Of a DNA stretch of 64,000 bases, positions 25,282-37,808 are shown in pieces; the stretch's first letter is position 1; each line of letters begins with the position of its first letter. This stretch comes from Macrostomum hystrix (lineage: Eukaryota > Animalia > Platyhelminthes). Under the pieces are notes generated by a model. The model worked only from the letters and a program-made list of their open reading frames with translations, ran no database searches and was not told the DNA's origin. Both the position numbers and the translations under genes were made by a program. The stretch spans positions 7,440,001 to 7,504,000 of the forward strand of contig CATNEN010000003.1 of NCBI GenBank assembly GCA_950097015.1. The letters are read 5' to 3'.

Positions 25282-28200
25282 ATGAATTTGGCTCAGAGTC
25301 AGTCCAAGACTGCTCAGGCTCGACTGAGAGCGGCCGAGTTTGCTGCCAACACCAGCGGTCACGGCTACAGGAAACTGGTCCAACCCGGTTCTGGCTCCAT
25401 GGTCTCGGTAGTGTGGCTTTTCTGCCTTCTAGGAGCTTTGGCCGGTCTGGGCTTTCATATCTACCTGTTGGCGGCGCAGTTCTTTGCTTACGATAAGCGA
25501 GTTCTCACCTTTCATCGCCTGGAGCCGTTGCCCTATCCGAAGGTTGTGCTGTGCCCCACAACCTACTGGTCGGACTATCTCATGTCGCAGGCGACTGTCG
25601 AAGCCCAACTAATTAGAAAGCTTCACAATCGTCTATTGAACGAGTCGACGCCATTCTTCAAGATTGGCAAGGAGGCTGAACGAGAATCTGCGGTGGACAA
25701 GATGCTGCTTGACACCTACGCTGAGAATAAGCTACCCGAGTTAAATAATGTGTCCGCTTCGCTAGATACTTTTCTGCTATCGTGTAGCTACAACTACGCC
25801 AGTTGTAGTGCTGCTAATTTTAGTAGAATCACATCCGATAGGTGAGTTAATTAGTGTCTATGTAAATTGATAACTGCAGTCGCTACAAAACTTATGTGCG
25901 TGAACTAGCAGTTATTTCTATGGCAAAACCTCATTTTGCGCACTCGTTCAGAGTAAAACGGCATTCAGGAAAGCCGACTTGAGTGTCTATGGTATAAAGC
26001 ACTAATTGTTTGCGATCTGGAATTCTCTAACGCTTTCAGCTTCGATTGTCTATGGCCAATCCTGTACTCAGCAAAGGCGTATGATGTTTCTGCCATAGAA
26101 GTAAAATGTATAAATTACAGCTCGACTGGGTGTGTAAAAGAATGCCTATTCAGAACAAAGGGTTGGTGTATCGTGGCTTGTTAATAATTCATATTCATCG
26201 CTGACCAAATCATCAGATATGGCTTCTGCTACATGTTCCGACCAACCAATCAGCAAATCTATGGCGGATATGACACCGGACTAACCCTGACGTTAGCCTA
26301 CGAAGGCAGTCAGGAGGCCTATCTGACCGAGAGCCTGCGTTACAGTCGCGGCTACATTGTGCTAGTCACCGCCTACGACAAATTTGTGAACTTCTTTCGC
26401 GCTGCTCCAATCGCCGCAGGGGTTGGCTATCGCACCGACATCTCGCTGCTGCTGCAGAGAACAAACCGACTGGCTAGCCCGAAGGATCCCTGCACTAATA
26501 GGCATCAGGTGAGACTGCTGACGGTCTGGCATTCCTTGCTAATTGGCTATCTAACAGGAGAGTGTCCAGTCTAAACGGTTAGTGTCTAGTCTAAAAGGTT
26601 TAGCGTCGTGTCTAACATGTTTAGCGTCATATCTAACATGTTTAGCGTCATATCTAACATGTTTAGCATCCTGTCTAAAAGGTTAAGCGTCCTATCTAAC
26701 AGGTTTAGCGTCATGTCTAACGGGTTTAGCGTCATGTCTAACGGGTTTAGCGTCATGTCTAACGGGTTTAGCGTCATGTCTAACATGTTAAGCACACTGT
26801 GTAACACTTTTAGTACCCCGTTTAAAATGTTTAGTGTCCTGTCTAACAGCTTTAGCGTTCTGTCTAACGGGTTAGGTATCCTGTTTAACTGGGGTTTAGT
26901 ATCCTGTCTAACAGTTTTAGTATCCTGTCTAACAGGTTTATTATCCTGTCTAACAGGTTTAGTATCCTGTCTAACAGGAGTTTAGTATACTGTCTAACAT
27001 GTTAAGCGTATTGTCTAACACGTTCAGCATACTGTCTAATTTTTTTATTTTCGTGTCGAACATGTTCAGCATACTGTCTAACACTTTTAGTATCCTGTCT
27101 AACAGATTTAGTGTCCTCTCTAACATATTTAGCGTCCTATGTAACAGGCTTTCTTCTGATGAGTGTTTCAGAACAGACTCAACACTTTTACCGAAACAAT
27201 GGGTTGTGTGGTGAAACAAAAGCTCTTGAGAAAATTAGTACTCCAAAAAGCGAAAAGAAACTGTAAAAAAGGATCCTTGCCAAACATGGTACGATAATAT
27301 AGCGACCCGCATTTATTTCTGGCCATTAAATTTCTTCTCTACTTTACCTGTCATTTGACGAAACTGATTGCGACATTAATTAATTTGAAGTACAATTTTT
27401 AATTAGCAACGGTTAGACTGATCCAGTTCTTGATTTGGCAAGTTACAAAGAGGTACTGCAAGCTAGTGTGGGATCGCTTCGCTCAATATTTTCCCTTCGA
27501 CTCTCGTTTTTAATTGTAATTTAGCAATATGCTTTCAACCCTATATGCGTGGGACTTATGACTTAGAAGTCGGGGGTTCGATTCCCGACAACACTGAAAC
27601 AATTAGTGTCCTTCAAAAAGACGCTTAACTCTGCATTGCTTCACTTCAACCGGCTAGAAAATTAAAACACAAACGAACTGAAAAGATACACTAGCTCGCA
27701 TTTTTAATTAAAATCTCGCTAACAACAATATTACGAGTATCAGGCTGTCCGATTCCCGAATCCTCCATATGCTATTACAAAGTACGCAATCTTCATATAT
27801 TCATATATATTCATTTACATTAGTCTGCTCCAATTCTCGTTCGCTACGTTTGAACCATAGACAATCTCCAAGCTTCCACTGTACGCTCGTACTCTATAAC
27901 TCGTATTATCAATAAAGCAAGCGCGGGGCTTTGCCCCAAAAGAGAAACTTTCTACCTTACCACAGCAGCAGCAGCATATCCGTTTATTGTCACTGCCTGA
28001 CAGAGGCATTATCATATAGACTATCGTTTTTTAATGCATTTTTAATGAAGCTGTTAAGTCACGATAAATTGCCATAGATTATGAGCGAGAAATTCACTGT
28101 TTAATTTATTAATTTATTCTCCAGTTGGATTGGCCCATAGACCAGATAAATTTATTTATTTGGCCGTTGAAATTTATCTGGCCGGGACAGATAAACATGT

Positions 28201-31200
28201 ATCCCCCTTTTGCCCCGGGCGAGTGTCTATGTGACGCATGTTTTCATTTATTTCCCTAGGTAAATAAATCATTTATTTCCCGCTGCCCCGCGGGCTGATA
28301 AATTCGAGACAACAACCATAGACTAACAAAAACTAGCAAAAAGTGTAGCACACAAAAGCTACACACACGGAACGGGGGATACATATCATATTCCCCACTC
28401 ATTTAGCTGTCTAGGACCAAAAGCACTCGGTGTCTCGATCATTGACCTCGGCTTCGCCTCGGTCAATAAACGAGACACCTCTTGCTTTTGCCCGCTAGAC
28501 AACAAAATAAATGGGGAATATATACCATTTATCTGGTCCGGTGACAATTATCTGGCTTCAACTGTGGAATAAGTATAAGATAATACCCCCCTGATTTCGT
28601 TTCTTTGGCCTAGGAAAGGCTGAGGACGCGTTTCTTGGCCGAGGCGAAGCCGAGGCCCAGAAGCGCAGTCCGAAGCCGTTCCAAGGCCATAGACAACGAT
28701 TTCAGGGGGGTATTATAGTATTTAATCCTAAAGCTTGGCCCGGCTCACGAGATTGCAAACCTAAAACTGTTTACAGCAACTGTGACCATAGACTATATGT
28801 TTAATCGGCCTAGGCCACTAAATCATTTAACGGCCTAGGCCGATTAAATAATAAATGCACAGAATTAATAGCCAATAGGCCGGGCCAAGCTGGGGATTAA
28901 ATACATTATCACCCACTTGTTTGACTTATCTATGGCCGAAAACGTCTTCGGACATCGTTTCTTGGCCGAGGCGAAGCCTCGGCCAATAAACGAGTCCTCA
29001 GCCGTTCCCGGCCAAAATAAATTAAAAAAGTGGGTGATAACTTATACTTATTGTCACTGCCTGACACAGGCATTATCATATAGACTATCGTTTTTTAATG
29101 CATTTTTAATGAAGCTGTTAAGTCACGATAAATCGCCATAGATTATGAGCGAGAAATTCACTGTTTTTATTAATTTAAGCAACAAGAACTTTAACAGTAA
29201 ACAGATCGAGGATATAGCAAAGCAAACGAATACCAAAGTATTTAATTTTCGACAGTTAAGACTTATAAGTACGAGCTATATATTCTTTGTTAGAGGTTGA
29301 ACGTGCACCCATCGAAGAGGCAGTTGGCAAACATCGGCTGTTGCACACTTCGCATGTCAACTTAAGCCAATTGCTGCATGACTGTTGCACAAGTGGTTGC
29401 ACTCGTAGTCGCCTCGGTTGGTGGGGCCAAATTGTCACTAACAGCGGTAGCAACCTCCTTGAGCAACCACCCATAGGCATTCCTTTGTCGAAAAGATCCG
29501 CAATACGCGTGACGCGGATGCAGTGAAATTCGTGCACTGCTTGGAGAGGTTGCACACACTACGAGGGGTGGTTATTAAGTTCTCGGAAAAGTGTCCTTAA
29601 AATTATCGGATTTGGCTGAGTTTTCACACACTGAAAGGTCGTCCTACTAGCACTTCTCAACATAGCTTCCATCCAGATCCAAGCACTTCTGCAAGCGATG
29701 GAACCACGCATCAAAGCATCCCCTCAGGTCAACTTTGGTGAAGCAGTCCAGCTCAGTCTGCAGGGCAACCGCGAGCTCCTCCCTCGAATTAAAGCGCTTT
29801 CCCTTCAGGTTCTTCTTCATCCTGGGAAAGAGGAAGAAGTCGGCAGGCGCGAGATCCGGCGAATATGCCGGATGTGGCAGCTGGACGAGCCGTGTCGCCT
29901 GCAGGAATTCCTGGGTCATTCTTGCCCTGTGAGCGGGAGCGTTGTCCTGGTGGAGGAAGATGCCCTTCTCATGCATCTTTGGCCGCTCCTGCGCAAGCGC
30001 TTGAAGAACCTGCGGCAAGCAGACTGTGGTGTACTATTCTGCGGTCACCGTGGCACCGTGATCCAGCAGCACGGGCGGCAGGATCCCGCAGCGACGGAAG
30101 AAAATGGCCGCCATCACTTTGCCGACACTGCGTTCTCGGCGGAATTTCAGCGGGGCATCCTCCTCATTGGTCACCCACTGACGACTCTGCTCTTTGGTCT
30201 CGGGGTCGTAGAAATAGACCCAAGTTTCGTCAGCAGTGAGGATGTTGTCCACCGATTTTGAAGCTCCCCCATTGAACTTGGCCAGCATCAGCTCGGCGAA
30301 CTCAACGCGGGCTCGCATCTGATCTGCACTGAGTTGGTGGGGCACCCAGCGAGCAGACAGCTTCCGCATGCCCAGGTGTTGGTGCAGAATCTTGATGATG
30401 GTTGAATGCGACACCCCCACGAGCTGCTCCAACCAACGAGTTGTCACTCGCCGATCCTCGTCGACGTGGCGTCGAACAGCAGCGACAACTCCGTCCGAGA
30501 TGGCTGAAATTGGACGACCCTCGCGAGGTTCGTCGTCCAGGGAGGCCGAGCCGCAGCGAAAGCGCGCAAACCATTCGTACACCATCGACTGGGACGGGGC
30601 TTGATCCTCAAGGGCCGCACGAAGCGTCTGGTGACACGCAGCCGCAGTGCTGCCCAGTCGAAACTGCACCAGAATGGCTACCCGCCTGTCACGTTCGGTG
30701 AGCTGAGGCAGGGGTATTATGTTTTCTGTGGAACTTTGGCCACTGCGGCGCATCATTATGGCCGATTGAGCTGAAATTTTGCATGCAAGCATTGAATAGC
30801 CATCCCTACAACATAGTAAAATTTCGTGTCCCTAGCATCTTTCTAAATTACTTTTTCCGAGAACTTAATAACCACCCCTCGTACTAAGGTGCTTCATGAA
30901 TGCAGCCAACCAATTGAGACCGCGCACTTGCGTAGCAGAGAAGCGAATTTGTCCTGCCGAATTGTTAGTCAGAGGGCGCGGAAAGAACGAGGACGAATTC
31001 TGCGGTAACAAACTCTGATAATGCAGGATCAACTCCCGCTGAGCGCCGTAGATCCGCCTCTGTTTGCGCTGATTTCCCTTGCATATTGTTGGATCGCTAC
31101 TCTGGTTTTTTGTCTTTAACGGCGGCAACGCAAGATATGGATTCCCATCAGCGTCGACTTCTTCTTGGAGCGTGCCAACTTGCTTTAGACTGTTGTTCTT

Positions 31201-34200
31201 GACCTCTCTCGCCCAGGACATACAGCAGCCTAAATAGTACTTCATCTTGCAACGCTCAACTGTAGAACGGTCAAAATAAGCACGCATTTTCTGTAAATCA
31301 CCTTCTTCTATTGGCTCGTGCTGATTGACATTGCCTCCATCAGCATGTAAACGCCGCACCTTTTACTCGCAGCATCCGGTTGGCAGTGGCGAACTCGTCA
31401 CTGGAAATAATATTTGTTCGGCGCTTCAGCACGAGAGTCAAGTACCTCTGCACTCCAGCACGAATGCAGACCAACGTAGCTGGCGAATAGCAACTGCCGT
31501 CAGATTTTTTTAGACAGAAGTAAAAGAACCTTAGAAATTCGGCCAAACGACTGTCACTGATCACGCTCACATCCACAGCACCATGCTTCTTCAAAAATTC
31601 CACGAACATTTTGCCATGCAGAAACATGTGAACTCGTGTAGTGCTCGGCAGTGATTCCAGTTCGACAACATCCATCGCACTGGGTAAATCAGATAGTTCT
31701 GGAAGCTCGACACTAGAAACCGCAGCGGCCTCATCAACCGTCTCGATTTTAGACAGGTCTCTAAAATCTCCAATAATTATCCTCCATTATAAAATCTCCA
31801 AGAATTTCATCGGAACTGTGGTTCACGGCGCTCAGATCACTCAAAATCTACGAGGGTAGTTCAGTAGACGAGACGCCATCTTTAGAAACTGTCGACCGGT
31901 AGATTTTTCTAGTTGATAAGAGGCATTTTTAATTCGATTTCTCTCGCTTCTTGCTTTTAGTTCCTAACAGACTTCATGGTCGAGCTTTTCTTTTAGAGAA
32001 CTGTATTCTAAAAAATTGTCTATGGTCTGATTATTATTATTATTATTACTATTATATAGTGATAGTTAAGGTCTGATCCCTTTAAGAACTCCAATGATGA
32101 TGTCAAATAAGCTATATTTAGCAAACACTTTATTCTAGTTACCGGTGCACGTGGCCAAGCATATTACAAGACTGATTTTACACTAAAATGTAAATTACTT
32201 GCGGGATAAATAATTGGCAGCAGAAACTCATTATTATTTTGTCTTAAACAAACACTGACTGTTAGTTGCGCTACAAAGTTCTTTGCTTATAATAGAAACG
32301 GTCGCATTGCTGTCTTTAAAGCGATACTCTCTAGCTGGTTGGTAACCATTGGTAACGTGGGCTTTTATTGACCAATGTACGAGCGTAGTCCACTAACAAT
32401 TATTCCCGCTCATTCTATTGGCCGATGCTCTGCTGAATTTGTAATTCTATGAGATGTCAGATCCTGTTCTTTAAACATTTGAGATTCTGTTCTTTAAACA
32501 CGTGAGATCCTGTTCTTTAAACATATGAGATCCTGTTCTATAATCTTACGAGATCCTGTACTAAATTATGCATGATTCTGTTCTAACTTATGTATGATCC
32601 TGTTCTAACACATTGTGATCCTTTTTAACTGTTGTGATTCCGAAACAGAAACTAATGCCCTGAATGCGATTCCAAAACAGACGATGACATGACCATTTTC
32701 CAAGGTCGTCAGCCAAGTCGGCGACACTGAGGAATTCGACTTCGACAGTGTCAGCTGTGTTGACATGTCGCTGAGCAAAAGTGTCTACCGCCGCTGCGGC
32801 TGCGTGTCCGACCTGCTGCCGGTGCCGCCAAATTTGATCAGCGCCCCGCGCTGCATGCGACTGGACTGGAACCGCACCGGAGTCGACAACCTGACCATCG
32901 GCAACATCAGCGAGGTGTTCGGTCACCGAGACTGCCAGGACGCCATGCTTCGCAGCTACGAAGATCTCACAGTGTACGGCAACCATGTGGCCAGCTGCCA
33001 GAAAGCCTGCCGGGAGGACAGCATCGTGACGCACGCATCCATGGCTCTTCTACCGTCTGGTTCGTCGGCTGCGTCGACTTGGTCTCGCGACGTTGAACGC
33101 CTACTGGCTAAACGATGGCAGGCGACTGCTGGTAAGCCGTCATTTCTACCGGCACTGATCAACACGAGTACAGGCTCCCTGCTGCCAGGAGTCAGTGCCG
33201 ACAAGCACATTGTCCAGCTGAGTGTCTTCTTCGCCTCGTCGACCGCGGTTGTGTTTGAAGAGGACTGGCAGTACCCGACTGAAAGCTTCTTGTCTGAAGC
33301 CGGCGGCACTTTAGGTGAGAGTCCGAATTTAGATTTATTCTACCTGTAAACATTAGACGATTGATTAGTCTAGACTTCTCGCAATTGTGTCATTTAACAG
33401 TCGAACTACTAAGGGGGGAATTCCCCCCTATAAAAGCCGAGTATAAAAACGGACGGCAAAATGGTTAACAGTAGTCCTACTGTTAACAAGGAACTTTATT
33501 TCGATTTGATGTACATCTGAGCCGATAAGGCTAAATAAAATCCGCCTAATGCAGGTAACGATTGGCTAATTTAAGTAATTAGTATTAGCATCGCTCGCAG
33601 TAGTCGTTTGATGCCCTTTGTACAGTACATTCTGTAGAATATCCTGCAGTACTAATGTTCGTACTGTCCTCTATAGTGTCATTAGAGGTAATGTACCTAA
33701 AAGATTAAGTCTACACCCCAATGCTATTAGTGGAATGAGGCTATAGCATTTTAAGCACTACTTTCGTTGATTAGATTATGATTATTACTTTGAGCTGTAC
33801 AGTGTTTGCATGTTTTGTGCTTGATAATGCTTAACAAAACCACGAAACGTCACAACGATTTGCAAAGGTTTAAAGTAGTAAGTAAAGTATTGCAAAATTG
33901 GTATTTATTTTTGGTGAATGTGATGATTCTCTAGTTCATAGCTGTCTGTCTGTCTATAACTGTCTGTGTATAGGACTGTTTTTTAGTTTTCATTTTACGA
34001 TAGACATTTTTGTCAAAGTTTAAGTCAAGATTTAATACGGACTGTAAATCAATAGAAAATGAATGAATATAAGGGAGGCAATGACTAAAGCTAACAATCG
34101 GTGTTCCAATTGTACTCGTAAGATTTGCTTGCTTAACGATCTATACTATAATGAGTTACATGTGAAGTTTTTTCCTGTTTCCATGGTTCTGCTTACATAA

Positions 34201-35332
34201 AGTTTTTGAGACTGTGTATAGCAGGGGCATGATGTACTGACGAAGTTTAATTAAAATCTATAGTTTTCAGTGGAATTTCTGGCCGAATCCAGAAAACAGT
34301 TGACCACAATTAATTGCAAACTTTACTAGTAAATTTTTGATGAGCTGGTGTTAGAGTCAGGTACTCCAATACAGCACTGGCTTCGTTGAGATGAGGAACA
34401 ATGCTGTAGCCTGAGAGCAGTGTTGTGGCACCTTCACTTTGGTCCACTCAGCCAAATGAATTCTTCGTGGGCTGTACTTATGCCACTTCAATTTCATGGC
34501 ACAGCTATCGAAGCAGTTGTAAGAATATTATACAAGCTGAACATCATATCATCATATGCATCATATTCATCGATCAATGGTGCTGGTGAGACTGCAAAAA
34601 GCTTGAAATTAATAGTGTTGTTGCTTTTCAGTTCTCGTCAATTCTTCTCCAAGGACTTATTTAAGGAGCGGTGTCGAAAAACTTTTAATAAACAAGCACT
34701 TATTGTTTAAAAATTTATATAATAATAATTGATTACACCTGCCCCTATCGGGTCAGATGTGCAGCAGACAGCACAGCCGCAGCTATTGCGCGGTGCATCT
34801 GAAGGCAGCGTACGGCTGTTCAGTCCATGGACTGGGGGGACGCCACACCCACCCTAAATTACCCCAGCTGATGCTGGTACCCATTTAACAGCTGGGTGAA
34901 CTGAAGCAATGCAGAGTTAAGTGTCTTGCTAAAGGACACAAATTGTTCCAGTGGAGTCGGGAATCGAACCCCCGATCTTTAAGTCGACGCTCTAATGACT
35001 GGGCTACAATCTCTTTATTTACGAGTATATGATAGGCCTTCAAACTATATTTACATTCAGGCCTCTGGATGGGCGCGTCAGTGCTGACGGTCATGGAGGT
35101 CCTAGAACTATTAGCTTCCATATTCTATATTGCGTGTTCGAGTGGACAGGAAAACTCACGGCAGCAGCAGCAGCAGCAGCAGCTAGCTAATCAGAGCGGT
35201 CAAACTTCGACTAGCTCAGTAATACAGGTGCGACCAGCCGAGAAGATGGGAGGCATGGATGTGAACAATCTGGAAGACGATGCCATTAGGAGACGACCCA
35301 GCGACCATTTGAACTCTGTTTTTACCTATTGA
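25282..35332 (+). CDS. DEG/ENaC (amiloride-sensitive) channel subunit; exons 25282-25841, 26217-26508, 32705-33314, 35061-35332
   Basis: N-terminal TSGHG, TM1, YPKVVLCP, YGFCYMF, Cys-rich thumb, TM2 GGTLGLWMGASVLTVME; splice phases are consistent. Confidence 0.9.
26567..27150. repeat. 21-bp minisatellite (GTCTAACAGGTTTAGTATCCT) at the start of ENaC intron 2
   Basis: Read directly. Confidence 0.9.
27549..27655 (+). mobile_element. tRNA-derived CORE-like SINE fragment
   Basis: B box GGTTCGATTCC and core AGACGCTTAACTCTGCATTGCTTCA shared with 34720-35007. Confidence 0.65.
27746..28002 (+). mobile_element. Solo LTR of the BEL/Pao family at 47215-53975
   Basis: Reverse complement of that LTR with a few differences; TG...CA ends; TSD CAGGC/GAGGC. 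Confidence 0.92.
28114..29050. repeat. Array of nested imperfect palindromes, probably non-autonomous Crypton-type modules
   Basis: Modules 28114-28572, 28580-28716, 28718-28904, 28906-29040; three hairpin apices carry GAGGCGAAGCC. Confidence 0.75.
29256..31773 (-). pseudogene. Crypton-type tyrosine recombinase (DUF3504-like), frameshifted and split by a mariner
   Basis: LAEFLRFFYFCLKKSDGSCYSPATLVCIRAGVQRYL..SDEFATANRML, KTKNQ, GLNWLAAFMKHLS|SVCNLSKQCTN-HCIRVT, C-terminal FANCLFDGCTFN. Confidence 0.8.
29562..30881 (-). mobile_element. Mariner (DD34D) transposon, full length with one premature stop (30034-30036)
   Basis: TIR CGAGGGGTGGTTATTAAGTTCTCGGAAAA, TA TSD; WVPHQL, TADETW, HQDNAPAH, YSPDLAPADFFLF. 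Confidence 0.95.
32451..32625. repeat. 23-bp degenerate minisatellite (GAGATCCTGTTCTTTAAACATAT) near the end of ENaC intron 2
   Basis: Read directly. Confidence 0.8.
33398..33482. mobile_element. 85-bp mini derivative of the TTAA MITE at 2805-3428
   Basis: TTAA flanks, TIR CAGT.G.ACTAC, shared GTATAAAAACGG.CGGCAAAATGG. Confidence 0.7.
34720..35007 (-). mobile_element. tRNA-derived CORE-like SINE, near full length
   Basis: A/B boxes (TAGCCCAGTCATTAG, GGTTCGATTCC); core GTGTCCTTTAGCAAGACACTTAAC..CAGCTGTTAAATGGG; (TTA)n tail; matching copy at 45246-45460. Confidence 0.8.
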
Positions 35333-35444
35333 CTGCGACTTCACTTACAATTTAATTTTTATCTAGTAGCATATAATACATAACATTAGTAAAGAGTTTT
35401 TATACTCGTAATTTGCAATGCGTTCCTATCAATGAAAGTATTTG

Positions 35445-36210
35445 TCTCCCATGATGACCCACTATCTCCCATGATGACCTACTATCTCCAATGAGGACCC
35501 ACTAACTCCCATGATGACCCACTATCTCCTATAAGGACCCACTATCTCCTATGAGGACCCACTAACTCCCATGATGACCCACTATCTCCCATGATGACCC
35601 ACTATCTCCAATGAGGACCCACTAACTCCCATGATGACCCACTATCTCCCATGATGACCCACTATCTCCAATGAGGACCCACTAACTCCAATGATGACCC
35701 ACTATCTCCTATAAGGACCCACTATCTCCAATGAGGACCCACTAACTCCCATGATGATCCACTATCTCCTATAAGGACCCACTATCTCCAATGAGGACCC
35801 ACTATCTCCCATGATGAACCACTATCTCCCATGATGACCTACTATCTCCCATGATGACCCACTATCTCCAATGAGGACCCACTAACTCCCATGATGACCC
35901 ACTATCTCCTATAAGGACCCACTATCTCCTATGAGGACCCACTAACTCCCATGATGACCCACTATCTCCCATGATGACCCACTATCTCCAATGAGGACCC
36001 ACTAACTCCCATGATGACCCACTATCTCCCATGATGACCCACTATCTCCTATAAGGACCCACTATCTCCAATGAGGACCCACTAACTCCCATGATGACCC
36101 ACCATCAGCCATGATGACCCACTATCTCCTATGATAACCCACTATCTCCCATGTTGACTCACATGACCCACGGAGTCACATGATGACCCACTGACTGACA
36201 TGTTGACCCA
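35445..36210. repeat. 20-bp minisatellite (ACTATCTCCCATGATGACCC) downstream of ENaC
   Basis: Read directly. Confidence 0.95.
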
Positions 36211-36594
36211 TCATTATATACTCACCAATTCTCACGTTAAAGTTTCTCCGTTTGACGACCTACACCTAAAGAGGTTTTGGAAACTGTGTTTAAAGCACTT
36301 AATAAATTTCATGCTGAGTTATTAAAAACTTTAGAACATTTCATATTTTTGCTTTTAGCTTTTACTTTTTCTGCTTTTTCCTTAACAAGCAGAAACTGTT
36401 AGGGTTGTGGTAAAGTGTAATGTGATAAATTCTGTGCAAAACAATTACGAGTACGTTGTACATAGTGCGTAGTACATATTTTTGCTAACCCTGTGAAAGA
36501 TATATGATCTCTTATATGTAAAAGATTCCGCAACAAGTAATAATAATTATTTAATAATCCATCTCATCGGTTTAAATCGTTTGTGTCCAATGAA

Positions 36595-36950
36595 TCCTAG
36601 ACCCAAATCTCCTTAACCAAATCTAATTAAGCCCTAATCACGTGACCCAAACTTAGGCCAAATCTCCTTAACAATAATCACCTGACACAAATCACCTTAC
36701 CTAAATCCCATTAACCATAATCATGACCCGAACCCAATCCCTGACCCAAATCCCCTGACACAAATCCCCTGACCAAAATCCCCTGAACGAAATCCCCTGA
36801 CCAAAATCCCCTGACCCAAATCCCCTGACCCAAATTCCCTGACCCAAATGCCCTGACCAAAATCCCCTGACCCAAATCTCCTGACCCAAATTACCTGACC
36901 CAAATTCCATGACCCTAATCCCCTGACCCAAATTCTCTGACCTTAATTCC
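36595..36950. repeat. ~15-bp minisatellite (CCCTGACCCAAATCC)
   Basis: Read directly. Confidence 0.9.
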
Positions 36951-37808
36951 TCTCATAATTTCCTTATCCAAGTTCCTCTCTCTCAAATGACCTTGTTGAC
37001 AACCGATATATGTTGCCTAAACACTATACGATTTCTTTGATTCTTATTGTTTGTACTGCGAAATGAGTTCCTTAATTCCATGATTACAATTCGGTTTGAG
37101 TTAATTTGAGACAATCGAAATCGATCGTTCCCGACTTTTTTAGCTATGCTCGTAAGGTTAAAGTTGTGATGGTAAAGTTGATGGACCAGAACTTCGAAAC
37201 ACTGCTTAAGTAACATTTATATTTTGTAGATTTTTTAGATATATTTACTCGTGTTATAAATTTTATATATAGACAATTTAGCAAAGTTAGACATTCGATT
37301 CTCGCAAACATCTTTGCATTTGATCGGGGTCGAGATCTTAGAGGGCCCGATAATTTCTAGCTTTTAAAAGTAATAAGTAAAACAACATTACATCAGAAAG
37401 AACTTCATTTTTTATTATCTTACAAGTTTTAATCCCTTGGTAAACAATATATAAATATTCTGCAAATCAGTATTAAGAAAACAGTTAAAACGAACTAGCG
37501 TACTTGTCACACGCGGTTTCAATTTGTATTTTAGTGAATGTTTTAACTGGCTTAATCTTTAAGTAGCCAATTGATAATATCGACAATATCAGGTAACTCT
37601 TCAAACCCACATAAATCGTCACATTTGTAATTGATTTATTTAACGCTGCTTTTTGTAAAGTTTATCTTCCTTCTTTAATAAAAAACTTCTGCAAGACTGC
37701 TGTGTGTTGTGTTGGCTGTTCATTTTGATTAACGCGTGCCTCTCCTTTAGCTACTAAATTCTGTATTAAATTAAATAAGCCTGCCATAATCGACCATCGA
37801 AAATAATT

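Noticed and set aside
27150-27220. Hammerhead ribozyme-like CTGATGAG...GAAAC
   Set aside because: Stem II does not close directly on GAAA, and no convincing stem I or III is present.
34950-35007. tRNA gene
   Set aside because: A/B boxes belong to a SINE head; no complete cloverleaf.
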